A stretch of DNA of 64,000 nt, from contig OZ287075.1 in assembly GCA_965645245.1 (NCBI GenBank), positions 434,001 to 498,000 on the forward strand, written 5' to 3'. The stretch's first letter is position 1. Every line of letters starts with the position of its first letter. The stretch is from Massalongia carnosa (taxonomy: Eukaryota). A program made the position numbers and the translations under genes. The notes beneath the pieces are model-generated. The model saw only the letters and a program-made list of their open reading frames with translations. It did no database searches and had not been told where the DNA came from. Of the stretch, positions 1 to 11,229 are shown piece after piece.

Positions 1-1671
1 GTTGTTCCGAAGGTGAAGGCATACTGGAGTTCATTGCGAAACTCTCTCGCACAGCGCGAGTCACCTTATACTCAACCCGCTTCTAGGGGAGTATTAGAGC
101 GTCTTCCTGAGTTGCAACAGGTTGACGAGGTCGCTATCACTGTTCGGAAAAGGTTAGCTACCTTGAAAGACAGTGACGTGTCGGGGACACAGGAGGTGGC
201 GCCCTCCAGCGAGCCATGGTCGGACTCGGACCACTGTCTATTCCATGAAGGAAAGGCCTACATCCCAGCCTCCTTACGAGGAGAAATTCTTGAGTTAAAT
301 CATGATGATCCGCTGGCAGGGCACTTCGGGAAAGACAAGACGATTGAGCTAGTGAGTAGAAAGTACTACTGGCCATCGATGAAGTCAGACATAGCACGCT
401 ATGTAGAGGGTTGCGACGTCTGCATGAGTAGCAAAGCTACGAGGCATAAGCCTTATGGAAACTTGCAGTCGTTGCCTATACCAACTCATAAGTGGAAGGA
501 CATTACGATGGACTTCGTCACTGGCTTACCTAAGAGTAAGGACTGGAGGGGAGTTGATTATGACTCCATCCTATTCGTCGTTGATAGGCTCACCAAGATG
601 GTGCACTATGAGGCAGTGAAGAAAACGCTGACTGCTGAACAGTTAGCTGAAGTGCTAAGGCACTGCGTGTTCAAGTATCACGGCCTACCTGACTCCATAG
701 TCACCGATCGGGGCTCGCTATTTACATCAAACTTCTGGTCATCCCTATGCTATTACATGAAGATAAAGCGTAGGCTAAGCACAGCCTTCCATCCACAAAC
801 AGACGGTCAGACAGAACGTCAAAATAGTACCATGGAAGCTTACCTTCGGTCTTACTGCCGTTTCGAGCAAGATGACTGGGTGCAATGGCTCCCTACCGCT
901 GAATTTGCATACAATAACACCCGTCATTCAAGCACCAAGCTCACCCCGTTCGAGGCTAATATAGGCTACCACCCAAGGATGAGTTATGAAGATAACCAAG
1001 ACCCTCGATCGAAGTCGAAGACAGCTGAGGAACAGGCTAAAAATCTACGCGATTTGTTAGCAGAGTTGAAAAATAACCTGCAATTAGCCCAAGACAATCA
1101 AGCCAAATATCACAATAGAACGGTGAAAGAACGTTGCTACGCTCCCGATGAAATGGTTTGGCTAAACAGCAAACATATTAAGACGAAAAGGAACAAGAAG
1201 CTTGAGCATAAGTTCTTGGGTCCCTTTAAGGTGTTGAGGCCTGTAGGCACTCAAGCTTACAAGCTAGAACTTCCGAAAAGTTGGAAAATACACCCAGTCT
1301 TTCATGTGTCTCTGCTGGAAAGAGACACCACCAGAAGGGAGGTAGTAGACGAACAAATGGCTGAACAGCTTGAATTCGAAGACGATGACATGCAAGAGTA
1401 TGAAGTAGAGTGCATACGAGATAGTGCAGTCTATGCAAAAGAAGCAGAAGACGGACGACCGGCTGGATTATATTATCTAGTGCATTGGAAAGGTTATCCC
1501 GACGCGGAAGACACATGGGAGCCCGTCGCCGGCGTCAAACATCTACGAAAGCTATTGAGGGAATTTCATGAGAAAAATCCTACCAAGCCAATAGCAAAGT
1601 CCACCCCTCAGGCCACTAGGACTCCCTCATTAGCGAAAGAAACAGGACGACGCACAAAGAGGACTAAATAA
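1..1671 (+). CDS. 3' part of Ty3/Gypsy chromovirus Pol: integrase plus chromodomain (5' end outside window)
   Basis: Open frame carrying the integrase HHCC motif (HDDPLAGH...CDVC), DDE core (MDFVTG, TDRGSLF, GQTERQN), GPF motif and a C-terminal chromodomain (EYEVECI...YLVHWKGY...DTWEP). Confidence 0.96.
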   Translation, partial: VVPKVKAYWSSLRNSLAQRESPYTQPASRGVLERLPELQQVDEVAITVRKRLATLKDSDVSGTQEVAPSSEPWSDSDHCLFHEGKAYIPASLRGEILELNHDDPLAGHFGKDKTIELVSRKYYWPSMKSDIARYVEGCDVCMSSKATRHKPYGNLQSLPIPTHKWKDITMDFVTGLPKSKDWRGVDYDSILFVVDRLTKMVHYEAVKKTLTAEQLAEVLRHCVFKYHGLPDSIVTDRGSLFTSNFWSSLCYYMKIKRRLSTAFHPQTDGQTERQNSTMEAYLRSYCRFEQDDWVQWLPTAEFAYNNTRHSSTKLTPFEANIGYHPRMSYEDNQDPRSKSKTAEEQAKNLRDLLAELKNNLQLAQDNQAKYHNRTVKERCYAPDEMVWLNSKHIKTKRNKKLEHKFLGPFKVLRPVGTQAYKLELPKSWKIHPVFHVSLLERDTTRREVVDEQMAEQLEFEDDDMQEYEVECIRDSAVYAKEAEDGRPAGLYYLVHWKGYPDAEDTWEPVAGVKHLRKLLREFHEKNPTKPIAKSTPQATRTPSLAKETGRRTKRTK

Positions 1672-1856
1672 GGCCAGCACTCTTTTCCTACCACCTGCCC
1701 ACGAAAAAAGGTTGGAGGTTTTTAATGAGGCTGCGCTAGGAGCTCAGCAATGTGTTGCAGTAACGTCATGCTCGATTCCATCCAGGCCAGTAGCTCTTTT
1801 CCTAGCACCTTCCCTAGAAGGGAGGTGGGAGGTTTTTAATGAGGCTGAGCCAGAGC
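1671..1856 (+). repeat. Imperfect ~70-bp direct repeat in the retrotransposon 3' UTR
   Basis: AGGCCAG..CTCTTTTCCTA.CACCT.CCC...GGAGGTTTTTAATGAGGCTG occurs at about 1671-1740 and again at about 1784-1856. Confidence 0.8.
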
Positions 1857-2242
1857 ATCAAGTTATGTTATCCTAATATCTTCCAAGCTCTTACAAATCC
1901 CAACTCTTGCTAGCCTGCATTCAAGCGGCCATCGGCACGATTAACCGCTTGCAATTACCACGCGATGATGGGCTGAACGCACGAACTACCTGGGATGAAT
2001 TTCGCAGGAGCTCATTACTAGAAGGGAGGTAATTGTAATAGCGCGGCAATACAGGACTGCGCTAGCTCCTGGGATGACTCACCCAAGAAGACCGGGTGAC
2101 TGATAATCCGGATGCTTAGTCATGATAAGGCGGATAGCAATACTAAGCCATCAGCAATCAGCCTTTAGCTTTAGCACCTACCAATCTATTAGCAGTCACA
2201 CTGAGCATTATAACCCATAAGGACTAGTGTCTACTGTCCCTC

Positions 2243-3103
2243 TTATACCTTGCCATCTCGAACGACTTTACCATGTGTTTTATCCCATTTCCAGATAGGT
2301 TTTCGACTTCCTGGATTACGTAGCTTCATTCGTCTCATGCTGGTTTCTAACGCCCAATTCTCTTTAGCTTCTGATTCTAAAGTCTCATTGAGTTTATCTA
2401 ACTCAATTTGAGCCTCTCTTTTCTCTTTTGCGGTCTCTGTTTTCCAGATATGAAAAGGTCCTTTCTTATCGTACGAAAAACAGCCCCAAAACAAAAACTC
2501 GGAGCATCCTTTCCATCTACGTCGAATACACGTTTTAGCATACATTTCTTTCGAGGTATGCCACTGAAGTCTTCTTCCACGTCTAGAACCCAATATAATG
2601 CTTGTTTCTTCAGTCCGTATAACGTTCTTCCAATCATCAATAGTCCAGTGCTGATATCGCAAACAAAATTGCAGACGAGCCTCTTTCATGATCGAATCTA
2701 GACCTGGCTTTTTCGTGCTTTTACAGGGGCGAAACCCATTCTGTTTAAGCGTACGAAGTATAGTAGTGGAGGAGAGTTTATGATCAAAGCCAATCATAGC
2801 TGATGATTTTTCTCTGCTATTTCGATCTTACACTACATTATTCAATATAGCTTGCTCTACCTCCGGTGTAACCTTTTTAGGTCGTCCTGAACGAGGTGCA
2901 TCTTCTATATATTCTACTTCTAAAACACGAGATACAGCTGGATCATATCCACGCTGTCGTGCTTTGATTTTGAGAGCTGAAATCGATCTTGTGGAGACTC
3001 CAGTCACTGGTTGCACCATTTTTGCCGCAATTCCGTGTTCTACAAGCGCTAAAGCCTGTATTCTTTGTGCAATCGTGAGACTATTGCTCTGTGCATTGGG
3101 CAT
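2243..3103 (-). pseudogene. Tc1/mariner-type transposase, inactivated and 3'-truncated
   Basis: N-terminal HTH (RIQALAL...PRSGRPKKVT), then KPGL..MKEARLQFCLRYQHWTIDDWKNVI and FWGCFSYDKKGP. The two ORFs are in one frame, split by TAA at 2828-2830. The first catalytic motif reads RTEETS where WTDETS is expected. Similarity stops at RDGK. Confidence 0.88.
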
Positions 3104-3310
3104 GATAATGATGATGATTGAAACCTTCTACTGAATATCAGATGTAGTATCACTGTCTTTTTGACGACGAGAACAGAAGCAACTCAAGATTTTCTAGACT
3201 ATTTTAGTACTATATTCCCCTTGTAAGCTAATAAACACTAATGCACGTCTCATGTACGCTAGCAAGGACTTTCAGCGTCATCCTTCGTAAAGTTAAACCT
3301 TTTTCGGTAG
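2248..3310 (-). mobile_element. Tc1/mariner DNA transposon, 5' half; possible terminus at 3310 followed by TA
   Basis: Transposase above. The minus strand reads TA|CTACCGAAAAAGGTTTAACTTTACG from 3312, a plausible TA target plus TIR start. The partner TIR is not in the window. Confidence 0.5.
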
Positions 3311-3616
3311 TATAAACTCGCTTAATTGATTTGCGGAGAAAATCCCCTAACATCTTTTGATCAATCATCTTCTTTTCTTCATTTGTTTATTATTTATTTA
3401 TATGCCTACTACTAGAAGACTTGATGAAGGCATGACAGAAGAAGAAGAAGAAGAAGAAGAAGAAGAAATTATCTTTCTATGTATTATGCTCAGTGTTATA
3501 CTGATTATTCTGATTTTAGAGCAGCAGAATCAGCAGTCTCAATTACAAATTCAATATCGATCTCCGGTTTCTATTTCCAACGGTTATTTCGCTCGATGCC
3601 TTGGATGACGAGTATG

Positions 3617-4643
3617 TGTAATGGGCTACGAGACCAGTAAGCTTATCACGAGCGACACTGATCTCGAAAGGGGAAATGCTCAGCGTGAGAGGTGGAAGAT
3701 AGCTACTACGTGCTGGTCTCCGAGAGTATATGTGATCCAAAGAACTAATGGATGTGGAAGTGCTCAGACCAAGAGATCTCGTCCGAGACCCAAACGTAGG
3801 TTGTTCATAGAATAAAGACTAATTGCTAACGAATACTACAGGATTCGTTCTGGTATTTATCCTACTCACCCCAAGCCTATAGCCTTGGGAGCCTTGGAAC
3901 CTTAGGAGCCTTGCAACCCACTTCTGACCTTATCGCCTTACATCTAACCATCCCTCAGGATCCATCTACGAACTCGGCGTTCGCTGGATCATCTAGTCAG
4001 CCTCGAGCAGCCTTCTAGACCTTCCCTTGCAAGGTAGAACACTTCTACCTCCGGCTAGATCCCTCACTACATTGCTAGCCTGCCTCTAAACATAAAGTCT
4101 AGACGCCGAGGCTATGTAGCTTCATTTCGCCGTCACCACTACCAACGTAGCGATGGAAGGTTACCTCCGACTGAATCTCTATCTACACTGCGGACCTGCC
4201 TCTAGACACAAGGTCTAGACCACAAGGTCATGTAGGTTCACTCAGTCGACATCACTACCAACGTAGCAATAAAGGTGGAAGCTGAAGTTTACACCGGGGA
4301 GGCCGAGCTCAAGCTGCGTCCAGCTAGCCGTGCCTCCTGCTACAACTCTTGATCCATCAAGAGATCGAGTAGCTCCGAGTAGGCCAGTAGATTCCATATA
4401 GAGTTCACGGCTTCTCCACAGGAGTTCGCCTTACTCCATGGCAATCTACCACCACGGCCTCGACAGGTGTTTGATCTGTAAGCAGTCTAGAACGTAGTAA
4501 CAACTAATTCGGAGTTGTGTTGCAAGGTGGCGTCGTGTCAACCTCGACGGCTGTGCGACTAAGTACTACGGCCTGGCTCATGCTAGTTAATCCCGCAACC
4601 GCCGTAGGCGATCACGTATCCTTTTAGCGCCATCCGTATTACA
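3617..4643. mobile_element. Solo LTR, 1027 bp, 5-bp TSD GTATG
   Basis: Ends TGTAAT...ATTACA. GTATG lies at 3612-3616 and 4644-4648. Excision restores the Harbinger frame. Confidence 0.93.
4080..4275 (+). repeat. Internal ~80-bp imperfect duplication inside the solo LTR
   Basis: CTGCCTCTA.ACA.AA.GTCTAGAC...ATGTAG.TTCA...CACTACCAACGTAGC.AT..AGG occurs at about 4080-4160 and about 4196-4275. Confidence 0.8.
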
Positions 4644-5675
4644 GTATGTACGTCGCTGGATGCGATTCACAAAAGATGAAATCCGACTTTTGATTGGTTG
4701 TTTGAGAATTAATACCATTAAATGGCGAACTCGTTATCAACCTACCCCAGAGACAGCTTTTTGTCTTTTGCTGACACGACTCTCCTGGCCCGAACGATTG
4801 TTCACGCTTACTCGGATCTTTCACCGAAGTGAGGCCTGGTTATCTTCCGTGTTTAATGATGTTGTCATGCATCTGCAGCATGAATTCGGCGAATTAGTTT
4901 CATGGCATCCTATGTTGAATAATTACACTCGCTTAAAGAGATACGCGAAGGCTATCAATAAATATCTGAACATTGAAGGCGAGGCTTGGCTATGGGGCTT
5001 TGTAGATGGAACCTTTCGAGGTGTCTGCAGACCAAAAGACGAACAACAAATATTTTATTCGGGTTATAAGAAAGAACATGGCATTAAGTTTCAAGGAATC
5101 GTGCTTCCTAATGGTCTGATCGGATCACTAGATGGTCCGTATGAAGGCAGAATATATGATAGAATGATGTGGCAAAATTCTCGGGTAGAAACTTGCATGC
5201 GTCGTGTAAGTGGAGTCTAAATCAATCAAATCTGCAATAAAATCAATCAAGAACCTAGTTTTAGCGCCGTTATTAATTCTATTCTGATTTAATCAGATAT
5301 GCGAAGGCCGAGCACCCCTTTATCTTTATGGTGACCCTGCATACTCTACTACCTTTGGTGTTATTGGTGCATGGAAAGGTGCACCATTAACCACGGAACA
5401 ACGTCAATTCAACAAGGCCATGTCGAAAGCTCGAATCGCCGTCGAACAAGGATTTGGTATAACTCAAAAACACTCGTCTCATAACTGTTGGGCCCTTCAG
5501 ATGAGACTAGGACTTCAACCGGCAGCAGCCTATTATACTGCCGGAGTGCTATTGACGAACTGTTATACTTGCATACGAAGCAATCAAATTAGCGATCAAT
5601 TCGTATGTTCACCGCCATCGCTACATGAATACCTTAGACTTAATCATATAAATCAAGGTACTTGTCGCACTTTCC

Positions 5676-6128
5676 TCAAGAGTCGGTTGTGTTTTGATGA
5701 ACTTGCACCGCAGCAAGTATTCGTGCTAATTGATCTTGCTGTAGAGCACGATCATTTTTAGCCTCCTCGGCCTCCTCTTCCAACTTGACGAGACGTCTGA
5801 CGAGACTATTATTCGACGAATCAGAGGCTTTCGTCTTGGCGCCATCGTTGATCATTGTCGTCATAGCATCAGCTAGTTTGTTGATTGCCGTGGAAGTGGC
5901 GGAGGCCTCCAGTTTCGCTCGTTTAGCCCTAGTTAACTTTGGAGCATTTTCAGAAGTAGCGCGAGAAGATGTCGATGCAGAACGTGATTGACCCCGAAAA
6001 CCTTGAATTCTCGGAAGCATTGAAGTAGCAGAAGGCTCAATTTGAGCGTATTCCGACCCGAAAAGATCATCCTCGTCAATATCGGTGGGGTCGTTACCAT
6101 CATCACTGTTATCTTCTCGCATTTGGTC

Positions 6129-6160
<32 letters not shown>

Positions 6161-7221
6161 GAGATAGTAGCCTGGTCCAATCATCTCGTTTATCTTTAGC
6201 GTTATCATTTTCTAGTCTTTCTTCCTCAACGGTTTTCTTCTGTTTGTCAACGTCACAGTCATAATTCTGACAAACAAGAATCCATTCATCGATAGCGGTT
6301 GTAAATGATGTTGTCTCGTCTTCTTCACCCGATCCCAGCATGGCCCGAAAATGAAGTCTCTTGTTCATGAGGTTTTTCACATTGTGGAAGGATGAACTGG
6401 GTGGTGTGCGTGGTCCACTACTGCTAGGAGTGCAAGAGAACAAAAAAACAAGAGAAGAAAAGAACAATAGAATATAAACAATAGCTAGACTGATCACTGT
6501 ATGCCTCGTGCCTCGTGCCTCGTGCCTCGTGCCTCGTGCCTGTGAACTGTATGTGTTGATGCTATGTGTTGTGTAGCTATGCTACGAGCATGCTTGCTCC
6601 ATGTCTAAAAGGAAAAGAACTATCTATAACTAAAAGAAAGACTGTCACCTGACTTCCCCGCTACCTTTACCGAGTAGCAGCCGAAAAGAACCAATTCCCG
6701 AACCGCTAGCAAGTTGAATTTTGAGCATCACCGCTCCACCCCCCTACAACATGACGTCGATGATTAGTGGAGTCTTTGTGAAACATGTCATTAAACTTCT
6801 TTCCAATATTTGCCCACCACGCACCCATTCTTTTGGGTATGCCGAAAGTTTCCGAATGATTAAGACATAATTGAATGAGATGCAAATCATCTTCCGGAGT
6901 GAGTTTCGGCTTGGATTTCGTTTTTCTTTGTGCTCCGACGAGCGGGGCAGACGACGAAGGTAGGTCAGCCTCTCGAGACTGTAGCAGGGTGTCGGAATTT
7001 CCTGTTAGTATGGACCATGGAGCCGGAGGCAGAGGAGAGCCCCATAGAATCCCTCGATTGGGAGGACATGAGGCCAAATCGGATGGTAGAGGTGTTAAAG
7101 GTTCGGGAGTGGGAGGAACGGGAGTGGTAGAAATATGGCCTGGTCTCGGAGTACATGACCATGAACAGACGTTGTTTCGGTTAATAATTTCTGGTTTTCG
7201 AAAGGAATTATTGAAAGACAT
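5676..7221 (-). pseudogene. Harbinger ORF2 (Myb/SANT-like DNA-binding protein) interrupted by a solo LTR-like insertion
   Basis: Myb-like segment LTPEDDLHLIQLC...WWANIGKKFN. Removing 6379-6748 gives ...DSTNHRRH-VKNLMNKR... and one 391-aa ORF. It is convergent with the transposase and overlaps its 3' end. Confidence 0.82.
6383..6748. mobile_element. Solo LTR-like insertion, 366 bp, 4-bp TSD ACAT
   Basis: Ends TGTGGAAGG...CCCCCTACA. ACAT lies at 6379-6382 and 6749-6752. Excision restores the frame. Contains (TGCCTCG)5 from 6502. Confidence 0.85.
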
Positions 7222-7365
7222 TTTATCGCAGGTGAATAATCGAGAATGTGTTAAACGAAAAGGTCTGAGGTCGATGTGACGTTGAATCTGAATATAGTGC
7301 TAACCAAAAAAGGATGCAGCTAAACCAAATTCAGTTCGAGGTGCATATGAAAGTTTTTATCATGT

Positions 7366-7746
7366 TGTCACGTTCTAGGAGGTCGCTGAGCCTAGCCCAA
7401 AATAGTTTAGTCTACCACACCTTACCAACACTGATTCCTTTGTAGCGTTGTAGCTCTCTTAGCACTGTTAGGTCAATAGCACCGTCAGCTTCACAGCACC
7501 AGCTCCGTTACAGCACCGTCAGTTTTACAGCACCGTCAGTCTCACAGCACCGTCTCTGTCACAGCACCGTCTTTTCCACAGATTCTTAATGTCACAGCAC
7601 CGTCTTCGCCACAGCAACTAAAGTGTATTTCCACGAATTTTTAGGAGATAGTGAGGTCTAGCACTTATCCTCTATCCTGAGCATCATCTCAATGTGTTGT
7701 AGGCTTCATATTAACTTCTGTCACAACTAGACCATGATCGATGACA
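7366..7746. mobile_element. Probable solo or partial LTR without a matching TSD
   Basis: Ends TGTCA...TGACA around a non-coding interior with tandem repeats. The flanks differ (CATGT versus ACCTA). Confidence 0.45.
7477..7617 (+). repeat. Tandem ~17-bp repeat with ACAGCACCGTC core, about 7-8 degenerate copies
   Basis: ACAGCACCGTC followed by about 6 variable nt, read directly. Confidence 0.9.
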
Positions 7747-7770
7747 ACCTACAAGAGAAAGTACAAGAGG

Positions 7771-8373
7771 CTAATAATCGCAATGTCCACAATAACCACA
7801 ATCTTCGAGGCTACAGGTAGTAAAGTCTGTATGAGACTCTACGCTGTCATCTCCACCATAGACATCACTATCGTCGTCATCATCAAAGCCGCATCTGAGT
7901 GAGGGCATCAATAATGGAGTCGGAATTCTCGGATTCGTCGGATTTCGTGCCATCATGTCCTTCTTGATATCGATGGCTATGCTCCCATACGTTTGCACGC
8001 CAATGATGCTTATTGACTGGGTCCTTCTGGTATAGGTTGATCTCGTAGAAGCGTTCATGGACTATGCACTCAAAAATGTTGGAGGCGTTGACTTTCGCAA
8101 AGTTGAGGTTGATGACGTCGGGACTCATTAATGTCCAGAAAGGGGATTGTTCTATCGTCAGCAACGATGGGTGTGAAATAGCCCAAGCGTAAAATATTTC
8201 ATCTTCCTAAAAACTCGAATGACATAAGATGGGTTGGCTGGGCACTCAGAGGTACGCATAGCAGCAATATATCCATCTGTGCTGCTCGTAAGGAAGTCAT
8301 TGAACTTGTCATGATCGATGCGTTGGGCCCTAAAAGGCGTAATAGACAACCAACAAAAGACTTCTTGAGCCAT
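7771..8373 (-). pseudogene. Frameshifted hypothetical protein with acidic stretch and C-terminal CxxxCGYCGHCDY motif
   Basis: Three overlapping frames join into one protein-like sequence (MAQEVFCWL... / EDEIFYAWAISHP...HHWRANV / DDDDSD...CSLEDCGYCGHCDY). At least two frameshifts are needed. Confidence 0.6.
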
Positions 8374-8740
8374 GATGGTAATACCTCACTAGAACAAACA
8401 AGCTTAAACAGTGCGGATAGCAGATACGCGTTAGCTTCCGTGCTCTCTCGGTCTCTATTTTTCTCCCTCCATCTTTGATTGCTCCGCTCTTTTCTGACAT
8501 ACTCTCATAGCTTGTGCTAAGCCAGCAACTGTGTCGCAGATGCTTAGCTTTTACTGCTCGACTACTCTGTGCGACTACTGCTGAAGAGAAGGTAGGAATC
8601 ACAGTGGCTCACGGCTTTGGCATGGAGACAGTCATGATGCTTTGGGAGCTCCGAGGATCGGCTGCCCTGGCAGCGGCTTTCGAAGGGCATGATTGAACTT
8701 GGTGGGAACGAGGTGGGAGATCTAGTAGGATGTGATTCGG

Positions 8741-9322
8741 CTTGGCTTCCTATTCTCTTATGCCTCCCTCATTGCATATGAGAGCGATTTCAAGATTGCG
8801 CAGGAGAAAAGCTTGCTTTCAAAAGACATGAAGTGGACTGCGTGGGTGACCCTAGCAGAGCAGCTCGGCACTGAGGACGGGAACTTCTATTCTCAAATCG
8901 ATGAACGATTCAAGTACGGAGAGCTCCGTTTGCACCGTTTGAACTTGATATATCGTTTCTCGCGGCAGCCACTATTCCTGGGCGGGTATATGTCACACTG
9001 GAACCAGTACGGAAGCTTCTTTCAGGATAACATTGCCTGGTTGACCGCTGCAACCGACTAAATTGTTGTCGTCTTGACGGCCATGCAGGTTGGGTGGAGT
9101 ACAAGTCTGAAAGAGGACACTAGGTTTCAGCATGCTTCATTTGGCTTCATCGTCTTCTCAATTGTGGGGCCCCTCGGTACCATTGGTCTTATTTTCCTAG
9201 CTTTCTTGGTCTTGTTCGTCTGGAACTGGAGAGCGACAGTGACTTACCAAAAGAAGCGTTCTGACCATCTGGAGTTTTGGAAACCAAGTACCAAAATAGT
9301 CGCGCCTGGCATGTCGGCATAA
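8741..9322 (+). pseudogene. 5'-truncated membrane protein pseudogene (YGELRLxRLN family, recalled as DUF6601)
   Basis: Motifs GFLFSYASLI.YESDF.IA, RFKYGELRLHRLN and VVLTAMQVG. In-frame TAA at 9059-9061. N-terminal half is missing. Confidence 0.8.
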
Positions 9323-9849
9323 ATCATCAAACTCAAATAAGTAAAAGACTATTGAGCGGAGCGAAATCACTTTACATTGTCAATTTAACGGGGTTGAGAT
9401 GGCTCTGGGTTACGTATCAGTCTGTGAGGCACGGAGGCACCTCAAAGGGAGTTTTGAGGCAGGGCGGTGCCGGCACGTGAGACTTGCGGGGAATGTACTT
9501 AATTCAAATGGAAATCCGATGTCAACCTGATATGGAGATTAATTAGGTGATTGATTGCTGCAGAGCATCTATGTACTCGCCCCCTCTAATATAGTGGAGG
9601 TGTGGTAAAAATAGCTACGTCGGCGGTTCAGCTAGTCACGTGGGTGGCTTCATGTGTGCTAACGGCCATATAAAACGAACAAATTTGGCGTGCCTCTCTT
9701 GGATATCATTGGGGTAAATGTCCAAGCCAACTCTTTCTTTGTAGCATTCTGTTTCTTGAGCGGCGAGAAATAGGGAGACTATACATGGGCTATAGAGCGG
9801 CTTGAGGTGCGTTTTTGACGTTATCATAGACATTGAGACTAACTTTTGA

Positions 9850-10944
9850 TAGCGCTTATTTACGCATAATGCTAGGCCACAGGTGATCCTGACCGACTGT
9901 GATCAAGCCCTCTTGAACGCCTTAAAACCTTTCTGGCATGATACGCCTAAGATCCTATGCATATGGCACATTAATAAGAACGTGCTTAAGCACTGCAAAC
10001 CGCTTTTCGAGACGAATGAAGAGTGGACGGAGTTTCAGGGCGACTGGCATAAGGTGCTTTATGCAAGGACAGAGCGGAACTATGAAGAGGCGTTCGTACA
10101 ACTTCTCTTGAAATACGACTATGCTCCCTAGACATATGTAACAGGCCCGGCACGAAAACGAGCGGACTCGGCGGTAACGGGGGGTTTTCAGACATTCATC
10201 AACCGATTACGAGCCATGCTCCTCGACTCGCTCTCTGCTTGAATGACATTTGGCTGTCTAAATTCCATGCAAAATTAGCAAGCGCCTGGACAAACTGACA
10301 TCACCACTTTGGGAATACTGCAACATCGAGGTAGGATTCGTGACCAGTCTGTGAAAACTCTTTACTAATACCCAACCAGGGCCGAATGAGCCCATTCAAA
10401 GCTTAAATCTTATATCGGCACGAGCACGGGCGATATTTTGAAGATTTTCGACAATTTGACTAGAGCTCTAGCTAATGAGTATCCGGAAATACTAGCAAAG
10501 CGGGCATCGGAGCGGCAGCGAAGCATCATCAACTTGCCGAGTTGAGAGTTATATGGAGGACTTCTGAGCCGAGTGACACATAAGGCCCTGCGAAAGATCA
10601 ACGATCAGAGGTTCTTGATTGGTGGTTCTGGTTGGGAGGCAGACGGGTGTACGGGTACATGGATCGTATCTATGGGCTTGCCGTGCAGCCATGTACTTAA
10701 GCATCTATTAGACACACATGGCAGCATTCAAATCGTACACATTCATCGATATTGGCAATATGATCGCCACCATGAGCATCAATATTTGGCTAATCCAGAT
10801 AGACCCTTGCTCGCGCCGCTACCCGTCCGGGCTCGAGGGAGGCCCGGAGGCAGCACTAATATTCCGCAGAGCTCGCAGCAAGCAGCAGCTCGCAGCAGCA
10901 CAAGGCGCAATCCGTCAGGCTTTGAGCATGTTCTGGGATCTTAG
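9850..10944 (+). pseudogene. Mutator-like (MULE) transposase fragment
   Basis: Motifs VILTDCDQALLNAL...LCIWHINKNV, SAWTN*HHHFGNTATSR/AE*AHSKLK, SWIM-like C...MGLPCSH and STRRNPSGFE. Several in-frame stops, 5' end missing. Confidence 0.88.
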
Positions 10945-11229
10945 AGAGGGCGGCGATGTGGAATATGTCAGAGACCGGATCATAACCGTCGAACATGTCC
11001 GTCACGTCCATTGGTACCTTGAGTTGTATATAGATTACACCTAACATTATGTATCTATGGTCATGGCAGAATTTTTGTAACAAGAGCCCAGAAATATATA
11101 TGTAAGAGATTGACGGATGTTCTGCACAACCTTAAATCGTACGCGGTTTTAAAGTACAAACCACCATATTATCTGCAGCTGACAGTGCAAATGTAGTCAT
11201 TCTGAGCTATCCTTGAACCCGAATCAGTT

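Larger units (their letters stand above)
1..2212 (+). mobile_element. 3' end of a chromoviral LTR retrotransposon: Pol end, 3' UTR, polypurine tract, 3' LTR at about 2034-2212
   Basis: Purine tract AGAAGGGAGG (2020-2029) sits just before TGTAATAGC (2034). The matching inverted end GCATTATA ends at 2212 (canonical would be ATTACA). The LTR end is inferred without seeing the 5' LTR. Confidence 0.75.
3402..5761 (+). pseudogene. PIF/Harbinger DDE transposase interrupted by a solo LTR
   Basis: Removing 3617-4648 rejoins ...LDDEY-VRRWMRFTKDEI. DDE motifs are GFVDGT, LYGDPAY and RIAVEQGFG. Intron 5206-5296 (GTAAGT...ATCAG) joins the ORFs in frame. There is an extra frameshift near 3588. Confidence 0.9.

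Noticed and set aside
7477..7617. Regularly spaced ACAGCACCGTC units as a CRISPR array
   Set aside because: The gaps are only about 6 nt, the context is eukaryotic and there are no cas genes. It is a minisatellite in an LTR-like piece.
10138..10248. TG...CA segment in the MULE fragment as another solo LTR
   Set aside because: No TSD, and the supposed right end lies within the transposase reading frame.
1..11000. Heavy RIP mutation of the transposons
   Set aside because: Long open frames persist and CpA dinucleotides remain common. Most lesions are insertions, frameshifts or non-RIP changes.
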